From the IMG/VR virus record IMGVR_UViG_3300036833_000312, positions 1 to 31,714 of that record: a stretch of 31,714 nt of DNA; one strand, written 5' to 3'. How positions within the stretch are numbered: the stretch's first letter is position 1; every line of letters starts with the position of its first letter. Below are positions 1 through 8,215 of this stretch, piece after piece. The notes beneath the pieces were generated by a model. The model saw only the letters and a program-made list of their open reading frames with translations, had not been told where the DNA came from and did no database searches. Position numbers and translations under genes: made by a program. Source of the DNA: a virus. Its lineage: Duplodnaviria; Caudoviricetes.

Positions 1-52
1 GGAATCTGTCGCGTTGATAATAAAGTACTAAACTTTGGTTATTAGTTGACAT
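1..52 (-). CDS. 5' part of a hypothetical protein (MSTNNQSLVLYYQRDRF...), runs off the window
   Basis: Manual translation; ATG at 52-50 preceded by GGAG and downstream of a sigma70-like promoter. Confidence 0.55.
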   Translation of the reverse strand, partial: MSTNNQSLVLYYQRDRF

Positions 53-94
53 GTCAGCAATCTCCATAGGGAGTAATGCAAATCAGCGGGAGGC

Positions 95-123
95 CGTCTA
101 TCACAAACGCTGATTGCTGTCAA
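95..123 (-). promoter_or_regulatory. sigma70-type promoter TTGACA-N17-TAGACG
   Basis: Perfect -35 hexamer (123-118), 17-nt spacer, -10-like hexamer (100-95); inverted repeat AATCAGCG (81-88)/CGCTGATT (108-115) brackets the -10. Confidence 0.55.
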
Positions 124-335
124 CCAATGCGCGCCGCGTGTTGGCGTTCATGCTCGTCGCGGCATTCAGGTTTAATGCAAATATGAACGGTCTTGCGCCC
201 TCCGCTCTCAATTGTACAATCCGAGCAGGCCGTCACGGTCATGTCACCGCAGACCAAACACGGTTCCTCAATGAACGGGCATCGGTTCGATCCAAAATGA
301 TCCCCGCCGCAGATCGGGCAATCGCGTATCGTCAT
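120..335 (-). CDS. small Cys-rich zinc-finger-like protein
   Basis: CPIC, CLVC, CSDC and HICxxxxC motifs; AGGAG RBS; ATGA overlap with upstream ORF. Confidence 0.75.
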   Translation of the reverse strand: MTIRDCPICGGDHFGSNRCPFIEEPCLVCGDMTVTACSDCTIESGGRKTVHICIKPECRDEHERQHAARIG

Positions 336-502
336 TCTGATTCTCCTAATTGATTGGCGTTAAGGGCCGCCCTGATTACCTCGGCTGCAAGAGCGCAGTT
401 CTTGTGCGGTATCGTTAGATCTATTTTGACCTCGGCAGCGTAGTCAAGTTCGTGCAGCAACTCATCTAACTTTAGCTTGGACAGCTTCTGACCTTTGATC
501 AA
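332..502 (-). CDS. hypothetical protein, 56 aa (MIKGQKLSKLKLDELLHELDYAAEVKIDLTIPHKNCALAAEVIRAALNANQLGESE)
   Basis: Manual translation; TTG start with GGAGG 6 nt upstream; stop overlaps next start (ATGA). Confidence 0.7.
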   Translation of the reverse strand: MIKGQKLSKLKLDELLHELDYAAEVKIDLTIPHKNCALAAEVIRAALNANQLGESE

Positions 503-529
503 TTCAAACCTCCGTCTGCATCGGCCTTG

Positions 530-631
530 TCAAGCCATGAAGATGATCAACACGACTATCACCAGCACAGCAACAGTGACGACGAGCGCAATCCAATGCC
601 ATCTGTTATCTGGATCAAACAAATCGACCAT
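530..631 (-). CDS. 33-aa single-TM membrane peptide (MVDLFDPDNRWHWIALVVTVAVLVIVVLIIFMA)
   Basis: Manual translation; ~20-residue hydrophobic stretch; fills the gap in a tightly packed operon. Confidence 0.6.
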   Translation of the reverse strand: MVDLFDPDNRWHWIALVVTVAVLVIVVLIIFMA

Positions 632-639
632 GTGGATTG

Positions 640-810
640 TCAATGCGGTAGATAACCAATGCGCACCGCTCCACCGAATATCTCGGCCGCAACCCAGAAC
701 GCAAGACCGGCAGCAACGAGCCGGTTCCAGTGCGGTGAACCAATCGGCACCGAAGCGAGAACAAAGCAGACGAAGGCGAACACTTCCAGTACCAGACCGA
801 CATTAGCCAT
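640..810 (-). CDS. 56-aa two-TM membrane protein, holin candidate (MANVGLVLEVFAFVCFVLASVPIGSPHWNRLVAAGLAFWVAAEIFGGAVRIGYLPH)
   Basis: Manual translation; GGAG RBS; two hydrophobic helices; better fit than ORF-track frame 615..902. Confidence 0.65.
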   Translation of the reverse strand: MANVGLVLEVFAFVCFVLASVPIGSPHWNRLVAAGLAFWVAAEIFGGAVRIGYLPH

Positions 811-816
811 TGGCTC

Positions 817-1053
817 TCACTCCTTCTTTGGCAGCGTCGTCGGACTCGCCTTAAGAACCTCCTCGCAGGTCTCGCGCAGACCGATGAACTTGCCATCGAC
901 AAGAAACATCACGCAATGAACATCTTTGGAAAAATGATCGGTCTCGCGGCTCGGCCGCACTGCCACGACTTCCTCCGGGTTGACATAGATCGGCGCGCCG
1001 TCAGGTGACGTGAAGCGCAGGAGCTCGACCGCCAATGTAAGTTCCAAGAGCAC
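817..1053 (-). CDS. small FlbD-like beta-rich protein
   Basis: Pattern LLRFTxxDG-xIYVNPEEV...MFLVDGKFIGLRETCEEV resembles the FlbD family (from memory). Confidence 0.55.
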   Translation of the reverse strand: MLLELTLAVELLRFTSPDGAPIYVNPEEVVAVRPSRETDHFSKDVHCVMFLVDGKFIGLRETCEEVLKASPTTLPKKE

Positions 1054-1056
1054 GGC

Positions 1057-1311
1057 TCAATGCTGTCCACTCTCGGGCCTTGCCGTTCCCGTTGGCGTGC
1101 ACTGAAACAGCAGCTGCGCCATTTCGGTGCGGTTCTGATACAGCAACTGCATTTCTGTCTTGCGCTCGTCATGCGCAACGATGCCGGTGTAGTAGAGGAA
1201 GCCGATCAATAAAACATTCATCGCCACCAAGGCCAGCGACAGCGGCTGACCCTTGAGCGCGTCAACGAAGGTGTTGACTGCCTTGCCTGCTTCCTCGCTC
1301 GGTCCTGCCAT
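1057..1311 (-). CDS. single-TM membrane protein (holin/lysis accessory candidate)
   Basis: PLSLALVAMNVLLIGFLYY TM helix followed by a helical tail; position after tail genes. Confidence 0.6.
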   Translation of the reverse strand: MAGPSEEAGKAVNTFVDALKGQPLSLALVAMNVLLIGFLYYTGIVAHDERKTEMQLLYQNRTEMAQLLFQCTPTGTARPESGQH

Positions 1312-1333
1312 ATTAGCACCGAAGTTATGCTAG

Positions 1334-1537
1334 TTAATTACTCCGTTTGATAGCCAAGTTATCAGAGTTGGTAGGCACCGTGGCGGGCATCTCAGCGCCG
1401 CTATTTGTCGGCTGATGGCGGCGCAATTCCTCGCCGATCTTCATCAGAAACGGATTAGCCTGCGCCCACACCACGTTGTTGCCAAGCAGATTGAGCAGCG
1501 TCTGCGCCTCCTGATAAGTAAACGTCAGCGTGATCAT
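1334..1537 (-). CDS. hypothetical protein (possible fibre chaperone/connector)
   Basis: ORF with GGAGG RBS, tightly packed after tail-associated genes. Confidence 0.65.
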   Translation of the reverse strand: MITLTFTYQEAQTLLNLLGNNVVWAQANPFLMKIGEELRRHQPTNSGAEMPATVPTNSDNLAIKRSN

Positions 1538-1539
1538 AT

Positions 1540-2031
1540 TTATCGCCTCCTGCGAACTTCTACACGGATGGTCATGGTCCCGGCCAGCAGCGATGAATTA
1601 GTGCCCTGATCTACCTGCAAAACGAAGATCAGCGGCGTGGTGTTGGCAAAGCTGAGCCGCGCCCATTGACCAATCAAAGCCACCTCCGCGACGTCGGCAG
1701 CAAGGGCACCGGGCGGACCAAAGTCACCAGTGAAGCCGACCATCGAATTCGACGCTCCGGTCGGAACCGGCGCGGCCAAGGCAAAGAACACGGCACCGAC
1801 CGCCGTGGTAAACGAAGCCGAAGCCGCAGCATCCCAGTCACCGGGCGGTAAATTGAGCAGCGTTATATTTTCCTGACTGGTGTTGGGATAAGCTGTGTAA
1901 TTGAAAGTCCCGGTGGCCTGGATGAACTCGCCGACCTCGCCGGGCGCGGCATCGCTGCCATCAACAACACCAATGATTGGACCGATGGTGGAGGTCGAAG
2001 ACGATGGTGCAGGGAGATCGCGGAGGGTCAT
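1540..2031 (-). CDS. tail-fibre-associated structural protein
   Basis: GVVDGSDAAPGEVGE motif typical of tail fibre segments; beta-rich C-terminus; synteny. Confidence 0.6.
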   Translation of the reverse strand: MTLRDLPAPSSSTSTIGPIIGVVDGSDAAPGEVGEFIQATGTFNYTAYPNTSQENITLLNLPPGDWDAAASASFTTAVGAVFFALAAPVPTGASNSMVGFTGDFGPPGALAADVAEVALIGQWARLSFANTTPLIFVLQVDQGTNSSLLAGTMTIRVEVRRRR

Positions 2032-2034
2032 GGT

Positions 2035-2721
2035 TTATCCCCAAGCTACGAAACCGGCGGGCGGGGCAAAGCCAAAGGCGGCGTTGCCGATGTTGAGAAT
2101 ATTGCCGCCAGCGGCTCCGCTGATATTGGTGGCGCTAGTGGCGGGAAATACCGGCGTTGCCACGTAGTAAGTAAAATCCGGCTGTGCTGGAATGAACGTC
2201 GGAGTATTGCCAGCAGGGCCGCCCCCCAAAGACCAAATGCCGTTCAGGTGATAATAAACATTGGTTTGTGATGCAGTGGTGAAGTCCACCGCTACACCAA
2301 TGATATCGTAATTCGCCGGAGCGGTAACCCCTGAGGCATATGCGCCATTGGCGTTGAAACTTTGCCAGAAAGAAGCCGTGTTTTGCGCGCCAAAGCCGTA
2401 ACCTGAGGCATCGTTGCCGATAGGTATACCTGAAGCTACCCAAGCCGAACTAACCACACCGATGCTCTGCGTCCGCACCGTAGGGTCAATAGCGGGTATC
2501 TGAACCTCAAAATAGTATTTGCCCGTGCTGCGAACTAGGGTGCCCTTGCAATCATTGACGTGCGCCCCCGTTCCCGGCAGGCCACCAACGATGGTGCGAT
2601 TGTTGGTGTAGAAAGTCGCGGGCGGACTGGTCACATATACGCTAGCCGGGTTCCAAGCCGAAGGTGGGACGGCCGTCTTGGCAAACAATTGACCAACACC
2701 GCCAGGCAGGATGAAGGTCAT
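2035..2721 (-). CDS. SPRY/concanavalin-like domain protein, putative receptor-binding tip
   Basis: STGKYYFEV...IGV...DIIGVAVDF...YYHLNG and terminal PPAGFVAW typical of phage SPRY proteins; start re-placed at ATG 2721 (ATGA overlap with fibre stop). Confidence 0.7.
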   Translation of the reverse strand: MTFILPGGVGQLFAKTAVPPSAWNPASVYVTSPPATFYTNNRTIVGGLPGTGAHVNDCKGTLVRSTGKYYFEVQIPAIDPTVRTQSIGVVSSAWVASGIPIGNDASGYGFGAQNTASFWQSFNANGAYASGVTAPANYDIIGVAVDFTTASQTNVYYHLNGIWSLGGGPAGNTPTFIPAQPDFTYYVATPVFPATSATNISGAAGGNILNIGNAAFGFAPPAGFVAWG

Positions 2722-5036
2722 GCAACATCCCCGCCTAAGGTATAGGACGCATTGGTGCCGGTGTTGGATGACACCAGCAGCGAGCACATCGCCCACTGAC
2801 CAGCCGAGTGTAACAGTGCTTGGCGGTTGTGTAAGGTAGCACCAGCCCCAGCAGCAAAAGTAATCTGACCGGCACCTGCCTGATGGATCGTGCAGTAGAA
2901 GTTCTTCGGCAGATTGTTAGGACAAGTCACCGTCACCGCCGTAGCGCTGGTGCAATTCTTGATCGCGCCGCTATCGCCAGCAGCAAGTGTGATCGACGCG
3001 GAGAAGTCGTTAGCAACGCCAACCACCGCTGTAGAATTGACGCTGGTCGGTGAGTAAGCCTGCACGTAAGCCGTGGTGGCCAACTGCGTTGTGTTGGTGC
3101 CCGGAGCCGCAGTCGGTGCGGCCGGAATGCCGGTAAAGGTCGGACCCGCCAGCAGCGCCCCACCCGCATTGGTGATATCCGCCGTGGTCAGAGTGACCGC
3201 GCCGGTTCTGCCGTTGAAGCTGATGACCGCTGCCGCAACTGCCGCCGTGACGAAAGCAGTGGTGGCAATCGCCGTGCTGTTGTTGCCGGGCGCGGCAGTA
3301 ACTGATGCTGGAGTACCGGTGAAGATCGGCGAAGCAATCGGCGCGCCGCCCGCCCCGGTAATGTCAGTGGTGAGCAAGGTCACCACACCGCCGCGACCAT
3401 TGAACGACGTTACCCCGCCCGAGACGGCCAGCGCCGCAGTGACGAATGCGGTGGTGGCGATTTGCTGCGTGTTCGTGGCCGGGGCAGCTGTGGGCGCGAG
3501 TGGAACTCCGGTAAACGTCGGAGACGCCAGCAGTGCCCCACCGACCGAACTGATATCAGTAGCAAGCAGATTGACCGCGCCGATGCGCCCCTCAAAGCTG
3601 GTGACCGCATTAGCGAGCGCGCCGGTGACGAAAGCAGTCGTAGCGATCTGCTGCGTGCTGGTGCCGGCGGTGGCAGTGGGCGCGAGCGGAACTCCGGAAA
3701 ACGACGGAGCCGAAATCGGCGCGCCCCCCACGGCGGTAACGTCAGCCAAGCTCAGGGTTACTGCGCCAGTGCGGCCGTTGAACGAGGCCACCCCACTGAC
3801 CGAAGAGGAAATCTGATTTATCACAAAAGCCGTAGTAGCCAACTGCGTATTGTCAGTGCCAACCGCAGCCGTCGGTGCAGTCGGCACGCCAGTAAAAACT
3901 GGATTGGCGAGTGGCGCGCCACCGGCCGCCTGCACGTCGGCCGTGGTCAACGTGACCGCGCCAGTGCGCGTGTTGAAGCTGCTGACGCCAGTGGTCGAAG
4001 CCGTCACCGCCGCCATGACAAACGCAGTCGTTGCCAGTTGCCCGGTGCTGTTGCCCGGCGCTGGCGTGGGCGCGGAAGGGGTACCGGCAAAGGTCGGCGA
4101 GGTGATCGGCGCAAAGGTGGCGTTAACAAACTGCGTCGTCGCAAAACTAGTGGCAACGAAAGCGGTGGTGGCAATGCTAGTAGATGAATTGCCCGCCAGC
4201 GGCGTGGGTGCTGTCGGGGTGCCAGTGAATGCCGGACTGGCGAGCGGCGCACCCCCAGCCCCCGTTACATCCGCCAAAGTCAGAGTGATGGCCCCGGTGC
4301 GGGTGTTGAAGCTGTTGACCATCACCTGCGCGGCAATCCCGGCCGTCACCGCCGCTTGCACGAACGCGGTCGTGGCGAGTTGCGTTGTGCTGGTCGACGC
4401 TGCCGCTGTAGGGGCGGTCGGCGTGCCGGACAGTGCCGGGCTCGCCAGCGGCGCACCACCCGCCCCAGTGATATCAGCCGTCGTCAGGGTCACCGCACCG
4501 ATCCTGGTGTTGAAGCTGGCGACGGTGTTGGCCTGCACCCACGCTACGGTGGCCGCGTCGGTCGGTGCACTCGGCGGCGCGCTGATGTCAATGCCGCCAA
4601 CCGTCAGCTTGCCGGCGCTCGTGAGGTCGAAAATGACGTTCCACTTGGTGGTGTCGATAGCGTCATCTTTTTCCCCCGGAGGCAAGCTAGCAAAGATCAA
4701 CTCGCCGCTGGTATTGACCTGTGACCAGTAACCGGCCGGGCCGTTTTGTAGATAGCGCTGCACCCCATCTGCATCGACATACCAATTAAAGCCCTGACGC
4801 TGACCGAGCGGTGTAATCAAATAGCTGGCGGCAATGCCCTTGTTGTCGGGCGCGGGTAAGATGCCGACGTTGAGCCGCTGAAAAACCTGTCCAAGTAATC
4901 CGTCCTGAGTGACGCATTGATAAGGCCCGCCAATCCCACCTTGCTGCAACAACAACAAATCAGTGGCGCCAATGTACTGAACTTGTTTGTAGTTGCCGAT
5001 CTGTCTGACATTGATGACAAAATCATCCATCGCCAT
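2718..5036 (-). CDS. long tail fibre protein
   Basis: Repeats VxSFNxRxGAVTL and APLASPxFTGxPxAPT...ATTAFV (phage tail fibre repeat); start likely MAMDD at 5036 or 5030. Confidence 0.9.
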   Translation of the reverse strand: MAMDDFVINVRQIGNYKQVQYIGATDLLLLQQGGIGGPYQCVTQDGLLGQVFQRLNVGILPAPDNKGIAASYLITPLGQRQGFNWYVDADGVQRYLQNGPAGYWSQVNTSGELIFASLPPGEKDDAIDTTKWNVIFDLTSAGKLTVGGIDISAPPSAPTDAATVAWVQANTVASFNTRIGAVTLTTADITGAGGAPLASPALSGTPTAPTAAASTSTTQLATTAFVQAAVTAGIAAQVMVNSFNTRTGAITLTLADVTGAGGAPLASPAFTGTPTAPTPLAGNSSTSIATTAFVATSFATTQFVNATFAPITSPTFAGTPSAPTPAPGNSTGQLATTAFVMAAVTASTTGVSSFNTRTGAVTLTTADVQAAGGAPLANPVFTGVPTAPTAAVGTDNTQLATTAFVINQISSSVSGVASFNGRTGAVTLSLADVTAVGGAPISAPSFSGVPLAPTATAGTSTQQIATTAFVTGALANAVTSFEGRIGAVNLLATDISSVGGALLASPTFTGVPLAPTAAPATNTQQIATTAFVTAALAVSGGVTSFNGRGGVVTLLTTDITGAGGAPIASPIFTGTPASVTAAPGNNSTAIATTAFVTAAVAAAVISFNGRTGAVTLTTADITNAGGALLAGPTFTGIPAAPTAAPGTNTTQLATTAYVQAYSPTSVNSTAVVGVANDFSASITLAAGDSGAIKNCTSATAVTVTCPNNLPKNFYCTIHQAGAGQITFAAGAGATLHNRQALLHSAGQWAMCSLLVSSNTGTNASYTLGGDVA
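3056..4523 (-). repeat. intragenic tandem repeat of ~63-68 aa units in the tail fibre
   Basis: 7 copies of VxSF(N/E)xRxG and 8 copies of AxxxxPxxxGxP...ATTA(F/Y)V, one unit lacking its first half. Confidence 0.9.
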
Positions 5037-5037
5037 C

Positions 5038-5355
5038 TCACGAGGTTGGCGCACACAGCATCAGCGCCGTGCGCGGATAGTCCAAACCAAAGGTGTCGGT
5101 CGCCGTCCATAGAAGCTGATAGTCGATGCCTTCAACGCCGCCGCCGAGACTGGTGTAGAGAATGCGCCCCAACACAAGAATCGGACCAATGATGAAATCG
5201 GCGTCGCGATTGGTGGGAACCGCAACGTTGTTGAAGAAGTGCAGCGTGCCCGAAACAATGCCGACACCGGGCGGAATGACAAACGAAAAATCCATGCCGA
5301 TCAGCGCACCCTCGCCGGGCGCCCAGGCCGGGGTATAACGCCGCGAAATCGGCAT
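5038..5355 (-). CDS. small tail/fibre adaptor-like protein (MPISRRYTPAW...)
   Basis: Start re-placed at ATG 5355 after AGGA; beta-sandwich-like pattern DFSF...LGGGVEGIDY; immediately upstream of fibre. Confidence 0.6.
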   Translation of the reverse strand: MPISRRYTPAWAPGEGALIGMDFSFVIPPGVGIVSGTLHFFNNVAVPTNRDADFIIGPILVLGRILYTSLGGGVEGIDYQLLWTATDTFGLDYPRTALMLCAPTS

Positions 5356-5368
5356 TTCCTGCGTCCTA

Positions 5369-5686
5369 TCAGCCGCCGAGACGGCGGGTGTTCTCAGTCC
5401 AACGCGCAGACAGGAGCCGATGAATATATTCGGGGCCGTGCTCACCAACGAAGGTGCCAGACGGATCGCCAAGATACGACTGGCCGTCGCCAAGCACGAG
5501 AGGTTCCACCACCATCACCGGACCAGCGCCGTTGGTCGGCAAGCAAGTGGCCATGCGCATCAACCCGAACGCCAGTGGCATTCCCGGATAGGTGCCGTTG
5601 GGCGCGACAGGCTCAATCACCCGGCCGGCGCGTTCGTCAACGGTCAGGGTCGGGCGCGCGGAGATCGACGACGGGAACGTCGGCAT
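5369..5686 (-). CDS. hypothetical protein, first gene of the tail-fibre block
   Basis: AAGGA RBS 9 nt upstream; packs against the next gene. Confidence 0.65.
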   Translation of the reverse strand: MPTFPSSISARPTLTVDERAGRVIEPVAPNGTYPGMPLAFGLMRMATCLPTNGAGPVMVVEPLVLGDGQSYLGDPSGTFVGEHGPEYIHRLLSARWTENTRRLGG

Positions 5687-5772
5687 CGGGATACGTCCTT
5701 GTCATAGAAATAACACAGGACTAGCTTGATGCGCCACCCGACACGAAACGGGTTTGGGTGCAAACCCAAAGG

Positions 5773-5802
5773 AAAAGGGCCGGGCTGACACCCGACCCTT
5801 TT
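5773..5802. terminator. bidirectional intrinsic terminator-like hairpin
   Basis: AAAAGGGCCGGG-CTGACA-CCCGACCCTTTT, 12-bp stem with one mismatch, including the A4/T4 ends. Confidence 0.6.
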
Positions 5803-5872
5803 AGAAGGTCAGCAAAATCTGAGTTCCAAGAGCGACCAAGGAAACGACAGATATCCAACGGAGGACCGCCAG

Positions 5873-5938
5873 ATGCCCCAAGACATAATCACAAATCCGC
5901 AAACTGTAAAGATTAACGCCAGACCAGTCCGGAGCTAA
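5873..5938 (+). CDS. 21-aa upstream ORF (MPQDIITNPQTVKINARPVRS)
   Basis: GGAGG at 5860-5864, 8 nt before ATG; stop 2 nt before primase ATG. Confidence 0.4.
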   Translation: MPQDIITNPQTVKINARPVRS

Positions 5939-5940
5939 CT

Positions 5941-7599
5941 ATGCTCGGGCGCGATGATCTGATCGAGGCCGCACGTCTGCTCTGGGGAGCGGAGACTTCC
6001 GCCACCCGCAAAGACATGCGGTTCGGCCAACACGGCTCAAAAAAGATCGAACTCGAAGGCTTGCTGTGGTCCGACTTCGAAGCCGGCGAATACGGCGGTG
6101 TGGTCGAGCTCTGCCGCCGCGCCGGCAATACGCAAAACCTCGGCAACGGCAGCGGCAGCGACGGCGCCTGGATCACCTACGATTATCGCGACGAACGGCA
6201 GACGCTGCTGTTCCAAGTCGTCAAGCGGCCCGACCGCCCGCGCCCCGAACGCTTCATCCAGCGCCAGCCCAATGGCTCCGATTGGATCTGGAACACCCAA
6301 GGGGTGCGCCGCGTCCTCTACCGCCTACCTGAGCTCATCCAAGCCGACCCCAACGACCCGGTATTCCTGTGTGAAGGTGAGAAGGACGTCGATAACCTGC
6401 GGCGGCTCGGCTGCGTCGCCACCACCAATCCCGGCGGCGCCGGCAAGTGGCGCAGCGAGTACAACGAATTCCTGGACGACGCCGACGTGATCTTGCTGCC
6501 CGATAACGATAAAGCCGGCCGCGAGCACGTGGAACAAGTGCGCAAGACCCTCGCCGGCGAGCGCTCCTTCACCATCGTCAACCTGCCCGGATTGCACGAA
6601 GGCGGCGACGTCTCCGACTGGATCGGACGCGGCGGGACTAAGGAAGAACTGCTGACCCTTGTGGCGCGGGCGCGGGAAGGCAAACCACATCCCCCATACA
6701 ACAACGCGGCCGAGCTCATGACCGAAACATTCGCAGCGCTCAAATGGGTTGTCCCCCGCTACGTCCCCGAAGGCTGCACCTTGCTGTCAGGCAAACCCAA
6801 AGTCGGCAAAAGCTGGCTGGCGCTCGCCATCGTCCTCGCCTGCGTGCGCGCCGAGCAAGTCCTGGGCGAAACCTGCCCCAAACGGCGGGTGCTGTACTGC
6901 GCCTTGGAGGACAACAAGCGACGGCTGCACTCGCGCATTCAGACCATGTTGGGCGACGACCGCGAGGGATTGGAGGATTTTCTTTACGAGCTCGAAATTC
7001 CCCGGCTCGACAAAGGCTGCGCCGGCTACCTCAGGCAACGGATCGAAACCGATCAGATCGGCGGCATCATCATCGATACCCTCGCTGCTGTCGGCAGTCC
7101 CAAAGGCAAGGACGAAACCCAGAACGCCGCCGACTATCGCAACATCGCCGAGCTGACCAAGCTGACGCGCGAAACCGGGGTGTGGATCATCATCATCCAC
7201 CACCTGCGCAAGCAGGGGTCCGACGACGTGTTCGAAATGATTTCGGGAACCTTGGGGATCGCCGCTGCCGCCGATCACCTGATGGTGCTGACCCGCGAGG
7301 GCGACGCGCTGCGCCTCGCCACCCGAGGACGGGACGCGGAGCCAGAAGACAAGCTGGTCGATTTCGACAGCGAAATGGGCGAGTGGACCGTCACCGGAGA
7401 CTACGAGCCCCAGGACAAAGGCGCCGGCAAAACCCGCGAGCACATCCTCGCCGCACTCGGAACCGAGGCGGACACCATGACCCCAGCCCAAGTCGCCAAG
7501 ATGACCGGCATCAAACTTGGCACCGTCCAGCAAACACTCAGACGCATGGCTCGGGACGGCCAAGTCAAACGTACATCGTACGGGTCCTACCATGTGTGA
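5941..7599 (+). CDS. DNA primase-helicase (TOPRIM + RepA/AAA_25-type helicase + C-terminal wHTH)
   Basis: TOPRIM motifs FLCEGEKD and LPDNDKAG; Walker A GKPKVGKS; Walker B IIIDTL; IIHHLRK; ISGT; C-terminal TPAQVAKMTG...VQQTLRRM HTH. Confidence 0.92.
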   Translation: MLGRDDLIEAARLLWGAETSATRKDMRFGQHGSKKIELEGLLWSDFEAGEYGGVVELCRRAGNTQNLGNGSGSDGAWITYDYRDERQTLLFQVVKRPDRPRPERFIQRQPNGSDWIWNTQGVRRVLYRLPELIQADPNDPVFLCEGEKDVDNLRRLGCVATTNPGGAGKWRSEYNEFLDDADVILLPDNDKAGREHVEQVRKTLAGERSFTIVNLPGLHEGGDVSDWIGRGGTKEELLTLVARAREGKPHPPYNNAAELMTETFAALKWVVPRYVPEGCTLLSGKPKVGKSWLALAIVLACVRAEQVLGETCPKRRVLYCALEDNKRRLHSRIQTMLGDDREGLEDFLYELEIPRLDKGCAGYLRQRIETDQIGGIIIDTLAAVGSPKGKDETQNAADYRNIAELTKLTRETGVWIIIIHHLRKQGSDDVFEMISGTLGIAAAADHLMVLTREGDALRLATRGRDAEPEDKLVDFDSEMGEWTVTGDYEPQDKGAGKTREHILAALGTEADTMTPAQVAKMTGIKLGTVQQTLRRMARDGQVKRTSYGSYHV

Positions 7600-7601
7600 G
7601 T

Positions 7602-7741
7602 GTCAGTCCGTAGACGCGCGCGCGCGCGCGTATGTGTACGCCGTAAGTCTTGTAAGTCTTGTCTGTCTGTCAGTCTCTAGACTTACAAGAATTACAACAC
7701 ATACAAGACTTACACATGTGTTATATAGGAAGTGTAAGTCT
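7602..7741. repeat. iteron-like GTAAGTCT/AGACTTAC repeats plus (CG)8; putative replication origin
   Basis: GTAAGTCT at 7643, 7652, 7734; AGACTTAC at 7679, 7706; degenerate copies; AT-rich; directly after primase stop. Confidence 0.65.
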
Positions 7742-7849
7742 TTGTCGGTCCTCCAGGGACGCTACCTACCACAAGATGAAAACACGCCGCTCGGCGCAAC
7801 CCTGCCGGGCCGCAAAAGGCAAAAATGCATAACTGAAAGGAACCCTAAG

Positions 7850-8215
7850 ATGGACATAGCCTCAACAAGAGCACCCATCATCGCAAATGATGGCCTCCTC
7901 CGCTGCCCAACCTGCGGAGGCGAATACCTGCATCACTTCCAAATCGCCACCTACAGTCGGCAGGAAGATGCAATAAACGTCCGCCGCGTGGTCGTCCAAA
8001 CCAATACCCAAACCCACGCAGGAGCGTTCGATGTCGTCGGTATGATCGTCCCCAATAGCGCCGATAATCCCAGCGCCCGCAGACACGGCCTCGCTATCTC
8101 CTTCTTCTGCGAAATGTGCCCCGCCATCAATGAATTAACAATCGCCCAACACAAAGGCGTCAGCCAAATCGAATGGCGCTACGTCGGAACAACCCTGTCC
8201 GGATTGATGCTATGA
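7850..8215 (+). CDS. zinc-ribbon hypothetical protein
   Basis: CPTC...CEMC pair, QHKG motif; start re-placed at ATG 7850 after AAAGGA. Confidence 0.75.
   Translation: MDIASTRAPIIANDGLLRCPTCGGEYLHHFQIATYSRQEDAINVRRVVVQTNTQTHAGAFDVVGMIVPNSADNPSARRHGLAISFFCEMCPAINELTIAQHKGVSQIEWRYVGTTLSGLML

Noticed and set aside
615-902. 95-aa minus-strand ORF
   Set aside because: An alternative frame (640..810) has an RBS and a coherent two-TM product.
2035-2721. Diversity-generating retroelement target in the SPRY tip
   Set aside because: No reverse transcriptase or template repeat noticed in the window.
3073-4731. Long plus-strand ORFs (3073..3816, 3462..4187, 3850..4731)
   Set aside because: Antisense shadows of the Ala/Thr/Gly-rich fibre repeats; no RBS or motifs.
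6744-7613. 289-aa Arg-rich alternative-frame ORF and other ORFs over the primase
   Set aside because: GC-rich off-frame artefacts. Unlike the microprotein cluster, they overlap a real gene and lack RBS or coupling.
7640-7745. CRISPR-like array
   Set aside because: Repeats are 8 bp, in mixed orientation and irregularly spaced; no cas genes.
7517-7849. N-terminal extensions given by the ORF track (also at 2796, 5493, 16630, 18578, 21377, 25712, 30532)
   Set aside because: They overlap upstream genes or the origin; internal starts have an RBS or stop-start coupling.
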